Below, one piece after another: positions 12,501 through 24,900 of a DNA stretch of 64,000 nucleotides. Within the stretch, counting starts at the first letter, position 1. Every line of letters starts with the position of its first letter. The DNA is from Lytechinus pictus (taxonomy: Eukaryota): contig NC_087245.1 in the NCBI RefSeq assembly GCF_037042905.1, forward strand, positions 7,814,001 through 7,878,000, written 5' to 3'. Below the pieces are notes generated by a model. The model was not told the origin of the DNA, ran no database searches, and saw only the letters and a program-made list of their open reading frames with translations. The position numbers and the translations under genes were made by a program.

Positions 12501-15500
12501 TCTAGACACGTCATAGACTTTTTGAAGAATCTTTTTTTGAACTGGAGCAACTACTGTTGTCTCCTGACAAGACAAAAGAACAAGAAAACTAAAGAAACAA
12601 GACAGGACAAGTGTATGATATTTGGACTCACACATTATTGATCAGACCTTTACGTTCTTGACCACTGTGTACTGCCAGTGACTAAAATTATATTTTATTG
12701 AAATTTATTTAAAAATTGCACGTCTTTGAAGAACCGTGCAGTACTAGTAGCAATGGCTGAGAACTATTCTTAAGAAAAACTTAATATTAATTAAGCTAGT
12801 GAATGTATTTATCTCTTGCTTTCAATAAGGGGGCATTTCTTTTTTCATATATGCTTTTCTCAGATATCAAGTAATCTATTGCTTTATATTTTTTTCTAGT
12901 TTAGAATTAACTGCAGCTAGAGGTTTCCTAATTGTTTATGGTAGTTCCCTCATTAATCATTTTGAAATAAACCTATTTCATTAACATGTCATGAGTTTGG
13001 TCATGCATTCTTTTTCCAACTTTTAACTGTCATTTATAATGCAGTTTTAAAATTCTTACATATTTTGATTTCTATTTAGATTCATCATGTATTTGTTGTT
13101 TTAATTCTGTGTTTTTTTTGTTGCTGAAATTTTTATATTATTATGAGGTCTTAAAACAAATTTGTTTTAAACAGAAGTACAACAAATAATCCTACATTTG
13201 TGATTAAAATTTGGCATATATTCACATTCATGTTTCTGGCCATTGCAAATTAAGTCTCAATAGATATGGGAGAGTAAAAGAAATTATTGCAAAAATATAT
13301 CTAGGGGCTGAATTTTGCCTCACCCCTTCCAAATTTATTCTTTTTTAAAACTGTTCATAATAGTAATGTATGAAACCTCTGCCTGCAGTTTGAGTCATGT
13401 ACAATGTATGACTTTGACACTTTTCTCATTCATCTAGTAGCCTCACTCCACCCTTCAGGAATTTAATCTTATGTAAATCAATTAACTGGATTGAGATTTA
13501 TCATATAAAAAAGATGAATTCCCTTACATCAGCATTGATTAGCTCTCCCAAATTTCAGAAGATATTTTACAATTCACAAGGTTTTCTATGCATATATGAT
13601 TAAAAAAAGAAGATATGAATATGTGGAGGGCTGGAGGTAGACTAATATATTGAATACAAAAGTGGCAATGATTATATAAGGCATGTAGAATATTTAGACT
13701 TGTGTTAGTTTGCTGTAGTAACATATATATGACTTTCAGAAGAATCTCTGCACAATTCAATGATAAAATGTCCTTCATCTCTTGTTGATGAAGAAATTGC
13801 AGCACTTCTACGATGTACATCATTGTATTTGGTACATTCTGGTAGAACCTAGTGTAAGGAACACGTATTGTGTATTTTTTTTAATCCTATATAAATATAT
13901 GAAAAAATATATATATATACTTATATATATATATATATATATATAAAAGTCACATTCTTATATATACATGTATTAATCTTACTGTTAACATTGAGCTGAA
14001 AGTAGTACATATCTACCTTTAGGCCAGAAATTGAAATGAAGCTTTGTATATAATCTATTTTCTACAGTCATTTGAAGTTAGCTTGGAATAGTGTGTGCTC
14101 ACTTTTTCTTCTCAACAATATTTTTTTGTTTCTGTTATTTATTGATCTCAATTCTAAAATATTGATATTGGTGTAATTATCTTTTTAGTTTATATTGTTT
14201 AATCAGGATTGCATCTCTATTTATGTTAACTTTGTTTATTTCATTCTAACCATGTGAAAGTATGCTTTAATTGATTATTGTAAGTAGGAATACTTCTTTT
14301 CAAGTCCCTTTTCACATTGCATCATTTAGATGTGATGTGTCATGTCATTGTGCTTATCAGATAGTGCAGTAAGAATGGATGTTATCATGTATAATTTTCA
14401 GAATTGTAAGAGTATCTACTTTTGACCTCTGACCTCTTGTTTTGATGAACAAAACTTTCTTTGATTTTGTTACTGCCTATATTTAGAGTAGGACAAGCAG
14501 AATATGAAGCAGATATTGTTTCTTTGTTGAAGATATCGTAAATTGATTGATGCTTAAGGATAAATTTTGTCGATTGGACACAAGAACAAGAGATGCTTGA
14601 TGCTTAATATATAAATATATACATATATATATATCATACAATATAGAATCCATGGGCTGGTCCCGCTAATTTGTTTGTTGTAAGACTTTGTCACCATTGA
14701 GTAAGGGAACAAATAAGAACCCTCATGGTGCAAATATTGTTTTCTTGAGAAAAAAAGGAAAAATTTGTGATTTATATATATATACCAGTATTATCTTCAA
14801 TTTTTTTTCAAGCTTGCGATGTAGTGAGCCGCATGGTCAGAACAGCTCAAATTTTCCCCCAACACTTGTTGTAATTATTTCTTGCAAGCTTAAATTCCAT
14901 TCTTCACTGAAGCAAGAGCCTAGTCTTAACACAGAAAAAAATTAATATTGGTGTTTAACACTTCTTTTTTTCCAGGCAAATATTGGACTTGTCACGGACA
15001 CATGTTGTATACTAGTTACCCATTCATTCAGTAGATATGTGATTAGTGTGATATTTAGAATCAAGTACCTTTCATCTAGATTGGCACAGACACTGCTAAA
15101 CACAATACGCTGCCATTTGTAACTCATTCAAACCTTTTTAAAATGCTGCTCATTGGGAAAAGTAAAACAAGCTATATGAAAGTAGAACTGCACTATAATA
15201 GTTGTAAACAAAAATGTCCTAAATAATGATGTGGAGATGTGATCTAAGAACAAAGATATGATATTGTTCATTATTTCAAGCTTATTTAAAAGAATCTCCT
15301 CCTTTCATGTCCATAATAAAGGAGAAAGGCCTGGTTGAATGTTAAGAAGAACATTGGGGTCTATTTTTTTTTATCAATTCAAGAATTGGTTTTAGATACA
15401 TGTATGTAGAAGGAATTTGACCATTTTGTGTGACACCTATGTTTTCCCTAATTCAATTTATACAGAAAATTATGTAATTGTTGATTAAGGTCATTCAGCT

Positions 15501-17400
15501 GATTTTACAGAGTTTTTGAAAAATGGCAAGGATAATTCTGAAAGTTGTAATTTCAATTGTGGAAACTGAAATTGATATCGAAGCTACGATTGCAAAGTGA
15601 TTTCAAAATAATCACTACTGATCAAAGAAATGTTATCCATATGATGCAGATTTCATGATATTGAAGGTTTGATAAAATTCATATTCAATTATCTTCATTG
15701 AAACATTAATTTTGTGGTAATTTTCTCTGTATAAATGATGACTTAGCGTCGATGCTATCTTTTCCCTCAGAATAATCTCAAATATTTAGTAATTCAATTC
15801 TGGTTTCATGATATTTTATTTTTTAATACAGTAAGTAATGTGGAAGAACATTACAAAGGAACATGCTATTATCGATTATGGGGTTTTATTTAATGATTAA
15901 GTATAACAAATTTAAGTTTAAAAATAAAATGACCCAAGGATGTTCATTATATTTCATTGAAATAATGAACCCTTAATTTGCCTTTATCTCTATTTTACTC
16001 TATAGTATGATCACATTTATCACAAATTTAATTTCAATTTCAGGCACTTTCATTTTTGTTTACATGTTGATATAGTTTAGTACATGGAAAGAAAGTAAAT
16101 GAACTATTCTAAATAACTTTTAAAAACTATTTAACATGTGTGTGTATGAGTGTGTGTTCATTATAGTAATTATCCCAATCCTTTTTGTACTGATAACTAT
16201 CATGGGGGATTTTATTACACAAGGCCTATCCAACTGCTTATAGGCAATTTGTAATTCAATGGTATATTAAAAATATCTATATTATGAATATCATTATACA
16301 GAAAAAATCCCTCATGAATGATTAAATCTACTATTCTTTATTTATTTATTTACTCTTTTGTTTGCCAAATCTACAGAAGAAAAACATTTTTCAATCAAGT
16401 TCAGTTACAGCTAACCCTTAAAAATAAAGACAATAGCCATTTATTAAATCAGCAGTTGAGTTAGAGTGAATGGCATTTTCCCATTATCCCCATATAATTA
16501 ATTATATTTTTCAATATTTTATCAAAGTTGGTTAGTACAGTCCTACATTATCTTTTCATTTACATTGCTCTGCAGTTAGTAGAAAGTGGTTCTTAAATAT
16601 TTTCAAAGAAAAGAATTAATTATCAGTCAATATGCAAAATAGTTTCCACTTAAACTGTTGACAGAGTTCTTAATAACTATGTGTGAATTTGCAAGGCCTT
16701 TAATTGGTTCTTAGCTTTGCCGTTGATTTGACAATATCCTTCCTAATTACAGCAGTTTTTTTTAAATATCAATTTACAGATCCTTGCATTTAAATATATA
16801 TTGTAATTCAACATCAGTGAACCATCCGATAAATTCTTTGTTTAAATTATCCTATATCCCCTTTACAATGTAATGTTTAAATTTGGGTAGTTAAGTTAAT
16901 TTATTATGATGTCATGTCTTTTGTTTTTGTAAGTAGATTGTACCCACACACATGAAGTAACATATCTTTTTTTAGCCCCCTCGGTGTATAACTTGTATAT
17001 AATTATTGTAGAGAAGGAGTAGGATGATCATATATATAATTATGATCTTACTCTCTTTCCTGCACTCACTCTCACCAGTGCAAGGCAAGCTGACTGCTAT
17101 AAAGTATACCACACATGTTTAATGACATAACAGATTAAAAAAAATATCTAAAAGCATTTTTCTCTGTGTGTGTCTCCTGTTTCTTCTGTTTCTTTCAAAC
17201 ATGAAATAAAACTGAATTGCTAACAATAGAAATATGAATGTGTTAATATACTTGTGATTTCTGAATACTTGCAACTTTGCAAGCTGTCTTTGTGATGATG
17301 ATATATTGTGATGTGTGTGTATGAAAATTTCAATTTTTTTAAAGGGTTGGAATGACATCAATAAAAATCCTGAAAGCTGATCATTTGAAAATGATATATT
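9567..17400 (+). other. Probable long 3' UTR of DGK theta
   Basis: AT/U-rich, with no recognisable mobile elements or exons; AATAAA at 11926, 17205 and 17360. Confidence 0.45.
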
Positions 17401-17659
17401 GACTTTGATTGTAGACATTCTTTCTCTCAGTAAACTGAAATAACGGGGTCAATTAAACAAAAAATGCAATGAGACCTCGCCAGAGTGATCAAACGACATA
17501 AGATGGTAAGAAATAAGCTAGATTTGAAATGATGATTTGCCATGATTAAAAAAAAAAAATCAGTCAAAGTAAGAGATATAATAAATGGAGTAACATTAAA
17601 AGGAAAATCACAATATTGCATAAAGTCATAAATCAGATATACAAATATATCTCACACAT

Positions 17660-18330
17660 AAATTATCATTCTCTCTAATTCACTATTCTCCAAATTCTCA
17701 TCGGCACTCCCACGCAATTCTCCCTCACACACACAGTTCTATTACAGACACAATCCTTTCACCCACACAAGTCTCTCCCTCCCTATTCTCTCTCTTGCAC
17801 ATCTCTTTCACACACAGTTCTCTCGTCGATCTCCAACATAATTCACTCTCTCCCTCTCACACACTATTCTCAATCACATTCTCTCTCATACATCATTCCA
17901 TCTCACACTATTCTCCTATACACACTGCTCTCTGTCACTTCTCCCTCACACACTATCTATCCTCTCAGACTTCTCTATCACACTCATACCATTTTATCTC
18001 TCTAACAGTTCTCTCTTATACACACTATTCTCTCGCACACTTCTCTCTTATTCACACTATTCTCTCTCTTGTACACACTTCTCTCTTATTCATACTATTC
18101 TCTCGCCCACTTTTCACTTATACACACTATTCTCTCTCACACACTTCCCTCTCTCACACTTCTTTCCAACACAATGTTCGTTCTCACACACCATTATCTC
18201 TCACACTCCTCTCAAGGCTCCCTCACACACTATATTCTCTCTTACACACAACTCAAGACTCACTTAACCCTCACACACTACTGACCTCTCTCACACACTA
18301 TTCTCTTTTGCACCTCTCTCACACTTTCAA
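17660..18330. repeat. CT/CA-rich low-complexity tract
   Basis: Degenerate ctctctcacacactatt units with very few G on the + strand. Confidence 0.85.
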
Positions 18331-18699
18331 TTCAATTTCATTTTATTGTCCATCCTATGGAAATTCGTTTTGCTCACATATACATTTGTAATAAAGCATT
18401 ACTGTCACCCGCGTATCACATGCATAAATAAGATTATATACGTACAAACTTAAGGGAATTTATAAATTCTCCAGGATAATGTTAATGCTTTTCCAACATA
18501 TAGTAAAGAAGATCGCCCGATAGAAATCAGAAAAGAAAATTCATGCATCCTCCCTCACCCACGCCCCTCTCACGTACTCATCTCCCACTCAATGCACACG
18601 ATGCTGTCTCCTACATAATTCTCTCTCTCACACTTCTTTCTTCGATCTCACCAGACTCTCTCACTTTGCTCACACTACTCTGTCGCACCGGTCTTCATG

Positions 18700-18860
18700 C
18701 CCTTTCATACCGGTACGAAGGTGTACGCCCGGCCGGCCGCGTCGGCCGGCGCGCCTAGCCGGCTTCGATTTCTGGCCGGTCGCCCATAGCCTGTGCTGCG
18801 GCGTCTTCTGTCTTAACGGCCACTGGACTGGAGACGGAGTGGAGGTCTGGAGAAGAGGAA
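18700..18860 (+). promoter_or_regulatory. Probable TRMT11 promoter/5' UTR (CpG-rich patch)
   Basis: Abrupt GC/CpG-rich stretch with repeated GGCCGG directly upstream of exon 1. Confidence 0.55.
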
Positions 18861-18877
18861 TGAAACTTCTACAAAAT

Positions 18878-18940
18878 ATGGCAGCTATGAGGCATTTTTT
18901 GATCGTGTTTGCTCAAGAACACATTGATTTTCGAATAAGC
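18878..18940 (+). CDS. TRMT11: TRMT11 exon 1 (MAAMRHFLIVFAQEHIDFRIS)
   Basis: Resembles the AQEHLEFRL N-terminus of the vertebrate protein; gtaaga donor. Confidence 0.88.
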
Positions 18941-21900
18941 GTAAGAAAAGTTTTTCTCTTTCATGAAAGTCTCTTGTTTACGCAAAATTCACCCGGCCAA
19001 GATAACCTTTTCTTAATTATAGTCCCAAACATAGAAAACTGTGTCTGTAAAATGTAAGACTGTAGAGCTGTAGATCATGAGATGTGATACTGATAGTAGC
19101 CACTCCTAGTACCAATGAGGTCCAAACATTAACATGTATGGACCTCATAGGCGACAATGCGTTAAAAACAGGTTAGAAGTCCTGCACCCAAGTATTTTTA
19201 TGATATTAGTGATTATTACTCGAAAAATGCAAGCTTTGTCCTCATTTGTTTAGCATTTATTAAAAAATTACCCATTAGGGCCTAACTATAAATCCTACTC
19301 ATACTTTAAATGTTATAAAATAAAGGGAAACTTACATTTGAGTCCTTTTTCGATCTTTTCTTGGCAGTCAGTCCGGTCCCGTCGAGTGCGATCAAAGCGG
19401 TACGAAGTTGATTTTCAGATCACGTGATACGAGTAGTCATCACCTGATCGATCGACTATCCTTTTTTAAAGACCGCAACAATTATAAATTTTATTATAAA
19501 ATATATATAGAATAAATAATTGCATGATATTATATATATCTACAATTAAAAATATTTTGTGATACGAATTTAATATTTGACGTAAAAATCGCTATTTAAC
19601 AAAATATTTATTAAAAAATAAAAAATCAAACAAAATAAAAACGCCTTGGACACAGTGCAAAAAACCTAACAATTTGGCCGCGTTCTTAACAACTATCGTA
19701 AGGGGCGCTCTATTTATAAATAAAAAAGAATGTACAGCTGTCTACCGCGACGTCGTTTGTCGCAAGATTTGGGACAAATCCGTGGGAATTCTTGAGAAAA
19801 TACATCAAAAGAACTGGTGAGTACCGATTAAACATTATCAAAGTAGTAAATAGGTTATACATAACTTGTAGATATATATTTTAAATTGATATTGATGCTT
19901 AGTTCTAAGCTAGGGCGGCCCAAATGTGCGTGAGTGGAGTCCCAGTTTATTAACACGGGTAAGTATTGGGGTGTCGCCTAGAGTGATAGTAGCTATCACA
20001 GCCGGTTCGACTTTAAGACATTCTCGTATCTGTCACCATGTTAAATTGGCGAGATCAAGCACATGATTTCTACAATCAAACTTTTTATAAGATAAAAAAG
20101 ACATGCACAAGAAAATAATATTTGTACTAGGCCTAGGCCTACACAAAATTATTACATTTAAAACTTACATCGTGTACTGAGCCGGTCCATAATAATCCAT
20201 TTTACAGAGACGATCTTGTCACTCGTAGTCGTACATCCCCCAAAAAGTTGCCATCTTGAAAATATCGAGTTTTGCGAGATTTGACTTCCGGGTTTTATTT
20301 TCTCTCTCATATCATCGCCATTCGATGAAACATCAAATTTCTTTCTTTGCGAACATGAGTTCGATTTGGAAAGCTGTTTTGATGCTGGAAATACGAAACG
20401 GGTAAGTAAAATTGTGTTTTTGGAAGTGATTTTTTGTTTGCATAATTCATGAATATTTATAATTTTCGTTAGGCCTTTATCTTTTATTTCTCGGGCGATG
20501 TTTTCTTGATGCCGATGTATGAATTGGGGAAGGATTTTTCTTCGGGCGATGGTTATTTTCCGAGTTCACAAATGTGTCGCATATCGCCCGCAAATCTAAA
20601 ACGCAAGGCGATGTCGGACTAATGAATGATAATTTTTCTTGAGTTTGAGCGAGGATGAACTGGCATCAATAATGACCCTTTTGAAATGGTTGTTTGATAT
20701 AAATAACAATTCGTACCTCTAGTATAGTGAGTGCTTGTATTACCGACCGGCCTTGTATTACCGAACGCGCGCATCATACGCATCAGAAATAATTTCATAC
20801 GCTCAAAATTTTGCAGAATCCTTCCAAAGAGAACTTGAATAGAAAGATGATGAAAAATTGTAAAAAACACATTTTCAAAGTCTTAATATTCTAAAAATAA
20901 TAAAATATGGTCAAAATAGCTCATCAGTGATTTTGTTGTTTTCTCAACTTTTCCCATAGAAAACACACGTTCGGTAATACGATACCTTTTTCAAGTGACC
21001 AAAATATTTCACATGCGAAGAGGGGTCCGATTGGAAGCTAATATCGTAAAAAGGAAATACAATTTCGGCAAAATTTTCACATATTTATATTTTGTAGGTA
21101 ATTGTGTATTTATGGTGAAAGGTTGGTGAATTTTATGAGAATAATGTGTTTGATATGATTGAATTCATGAAAAGTGTTCGGTAATACGATCCACTACCAT
21201 ACTGAATAACAAATGTCCCATTGAACTTGTGCAGTGATGAGGTTAACTGATATGAATAGACCGAGCGGATCGCGATCGAGCTCTGTGACTGTGTGACGCT
21301 AGCTGGTGCATATGGGCAGCCAAAAGGGCCAAAATTAACAATCTCAAAAATTAAGAAACTCAGAAATAAATGTAGTATCTCAGTCTTTCATCAATAAATG
21401 CAGCCTCTTTATTTTTGACGTATTTACTAGTCGTCCAAAGCAATGTATTCATTTCTGAATGTTATATTTCTGAGAGTTTATTTTTTAGATTATTAATTTT
21501 GACCCTTTTGGTTGCCCATAAGTGCAGTGGTCACGGCACCGGTAAAACACGTTATCTACACGTGGCGTGTGTGTGTGTTTGCATGTATACAATGACAAGT
21601 CATGTACAATCATTGTGAAGGCGTGAAGCCAAAGGAGACAAAGGGGGTATGTCAGCCCCCTCTTCAAATACAGTATATATTTTTTGACAGCAAATGGGTT
21701 ACATCAGGGATGGAAGGGGTATATCTCTTTTCAAACATAGTATTGACACCAGGGGTGGATCTAGGATTTCCCAAGGGTGGGGGGGCACATTTCCCGAGGA
21801 AAAAGCCCAAAAAAAAAATGTTTTCAACCAAAAATGAAGTACATTTCTTCTACGAAAAAATCTGACAAGCAAAAAAAAAGTCCTCACTTTCAAAGGGGGG

Positions 21901-24900
21901 GGGGGGCACACTTAAGTTTTCACAGCATTTAAATTTAATTGTGCCTCTCAAGGGGGGGGGCACTGGCTGGCTGTGCCCCCTTGACACCAGAGGTTAGTTA
22001 CACCCCCCGGGCACCCCCAATTTAAATGCATGCCCTGTACATGACCAGTGGAGGATCCAAAGGGGGGGGGCACATCCTACCCACCCCCTTGAGAGCCATT
22101 ATAAAAAAAAATTTAATGTAAAATGCTGCTTTTACACGTGTACCCTCTCCCTTTTATTGGTGGTGGCAAGCCAAAAAAATATTTTGGGGGGTCCACCTGA
22201 AAAAAAATAGGGTTATCAACAACAATTTTAGGGGGGGGGGCCATCTAGGGGGGACCCAGGGAAAAAATTGACCAGGGGAAAAAAAAGGATTATCAACAGA
22301 AAATTTAGGGGGGTCCGTTTTTTTTTTTACTCCTCCCCCCCTTCATGCAGGTATATCCTGGACCCGCCTCTACTGCAGCATTTGAACAAAAAAAACTTAC
22401 ACAGCTTGTAATACACAGTCATACAAATTCAAATTTTTCAAATTAAGTTTATTGATATAAAATCCTGACATTGAAGGATCATCATAAAAAAACAAAGAAA
22501 CATAAGAAAAAAAAATAATAGAGCATAAGCATAACATAGTAACAATGAGGTACACACAACATACACAAAACTATATTTCATATTTTGCTCCGCCCCCCCC
22601 CCCCCCGGCTCTCTCCCCTCACGCATAAAGCCTGAATCTCCCTATTTGTACTTGCATCAGTCAGCCACTCTCGTGATCACATGACACATGCACATGCACA
22701 CAGCATATCCACATTCAGCATTGCTGGAGTCATCAAGGTACATGTACAGTGCCACATGCAAATTAGTGTTGGCAGCCAAAAACATAATCTCATGAATATG
22801 CTCCCCCATTTCTCTGCAAAAGATCATGATATGGCAACAAAAATCTAAAAGATTGTAGAAAAATGGCATCAACTACTTGATTGTAGAGCTAAACTCCACT
22901 GAATATACACTACTCAAAAAAAGTTAAGGACCACTTTTTAATGTGTGTATACAATTTTCAAACCGGGTGTTGTATTTCTAGAAATACCCGAATATGGCTG
23001 TCTTGAATCTCCTCAAACACCCTGTAACAATTTCACACATGGGTGGTTTCAGTTGTTGCATGATGTCTCTCGCATTATTGCATATCCTGAAAAGTGGGCC
23101 CATTGTGAAGTGGTACAAATGTGGATTCAAATGCATTTTCTGTCTTTAGTCTCTACAATCAACAAATTGCTGACAACAGCAATGCCAAGATACAGCTGTC
23201 CAGGATGCCATCAAACACAATGAAATCAATTTCACACATGCAGTTCTTTCATGTCTCTTGCATCATTGCAATGTGCCCGTACAAAAGTGGCTTCCAAAGC
23301 ATTTTCTGTCTTTAGTCTCTACAATCAACAACTTGCTGACAATAGCAATGCCAAGATACAGCTGTCCAGAATGCCATCAAACACAATGACATCAATTTCA
23401 CACATGCAGTTCTTTCATGATGTCTCTGGCATCATTGCAGTGGGCCATAAGACAAGTGTCTTCCAAAGCATTTTCCGTCTTTAGTCTGTACAATCAACAA
23501 CTTGCCTACAACAGCAATGCCAAGACACCACCTAAGTGAAACAGATGTAGCCAGAGCCCTAGGGATGCTGGAAGCTGGCCTCAGTCAGCGAAGAGTAGCC
23601 AGAATGATGGGCGTGTCACACAGTGTCATTAGCAGAGCAAATCAAAGACACCGAGAGACAGGGCTATACTCCGAGAGACCCCGCAGTGGCCGACCAGTTT
23701 CGACAACCCCTAGAGATGATCGCTACTTGACGAATCTCAGCCTCCGCAACCGCTTTCACAGTGCACGCCGCCTCAACAATGACTTCGCTGCAGCAACTGG
23801 AGTGATTGTTTCCACTCAAACAATCCGTAACCGACTTCACAGAGCCAATATGCATGCCAGACGGCCAGCTCAGTGTGTCCCACTCACCCCTGCTCACAGA
23901 AGAATTCGTCTCAACTGGGCCCGGGAGCATGTCAGATGGACCAGACAGCAATGGCGTAGAGTTCTGTTCACAGATGAGAGCAGATTTTCCCTTGACCACA
24001 ATGATGGACGTTCGAGAGTCTGGAGGCGACCAGGAGAGAGATTTGCAGACCCCTGTATTGCAGAACATGACCGTTATGGGGGAGGCAGCGTCATGGTGTG
24101 GGGAGGCATCACCTACGCCAACCGTACTCGTCTCTACGTGGTCCCAGGGGGAGCAATGACAGGAGTGAGGTACAGGGATGAGGTCCTTGAACCTATAGTG
24201 GTGCCATTTGCAGAAAATGTGGGACAAAACATCATTTTCATGGATGACAATGCCCGTGCCCACCGAGCTAGGGTGGTGACCGAGTTCCTTGAGGGCCAGG
24301 GGATTGAGCGTATGGAGTGGCCAGCGAGGTCCCCGGACTTAAACCCGATAGAGCACGTCTGGGACATGATGGGGAGGAGTCTCGAGCAGCTCGAAGCCCA
24401 TCCACTTGGACTGCAGCAGCTGGGTGTGGCTCTGGAGGCTGCATGGGATGCACTGGACGTCAGAGACATCAATCGCCTCATCAGCTCCATGAGACAGCGC
24501 TGTGAAGCCGTTATTGCTGCAGGAGGTGGTCACACTCGTTACTGAACTGCCTGAAAGACACTCAGACATTCGTTTTTACCACTTCATGTCGGTAGCTGAT
24601 ACCCCTCGGGGCCCACTTTTCAGGATGTGCAGTGATGCGAGAGACATTGTGCAACAACTGAAACCACCCATGCGTGAAATTGATTACAGCGTGTTTAAGG
24701 ACATTTAGGACAGTTGTACTGAGGTATTTCCAGAAATAAAACACCTTGTATAAAATCTTTAAGTACGTTTTAAAAAGTGGTCCTTAACTTTTTTTGAGTA
24801 GTGTATATATTTACATGTATATACTTCATATTATATGAAATAATTGTATGCTAATTTATTCATAAAATCATATTTTCTGTTCTAATTCAGTAATTAAAAC

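Noticed and set aside
17795..18391. 198-aa His/Ser/Leu-rich ORF
   Set aside because: Artefact of the CT/CA low-complexity tract, which lacks stop codons; non-ATG start.
23664..24569. Antisense and alternate-frame ORFs (199, 118, 117 aa) over the transposase
   Set aside because: Shadow ORFs of a GC-rich coding region with no recognisable motifs.
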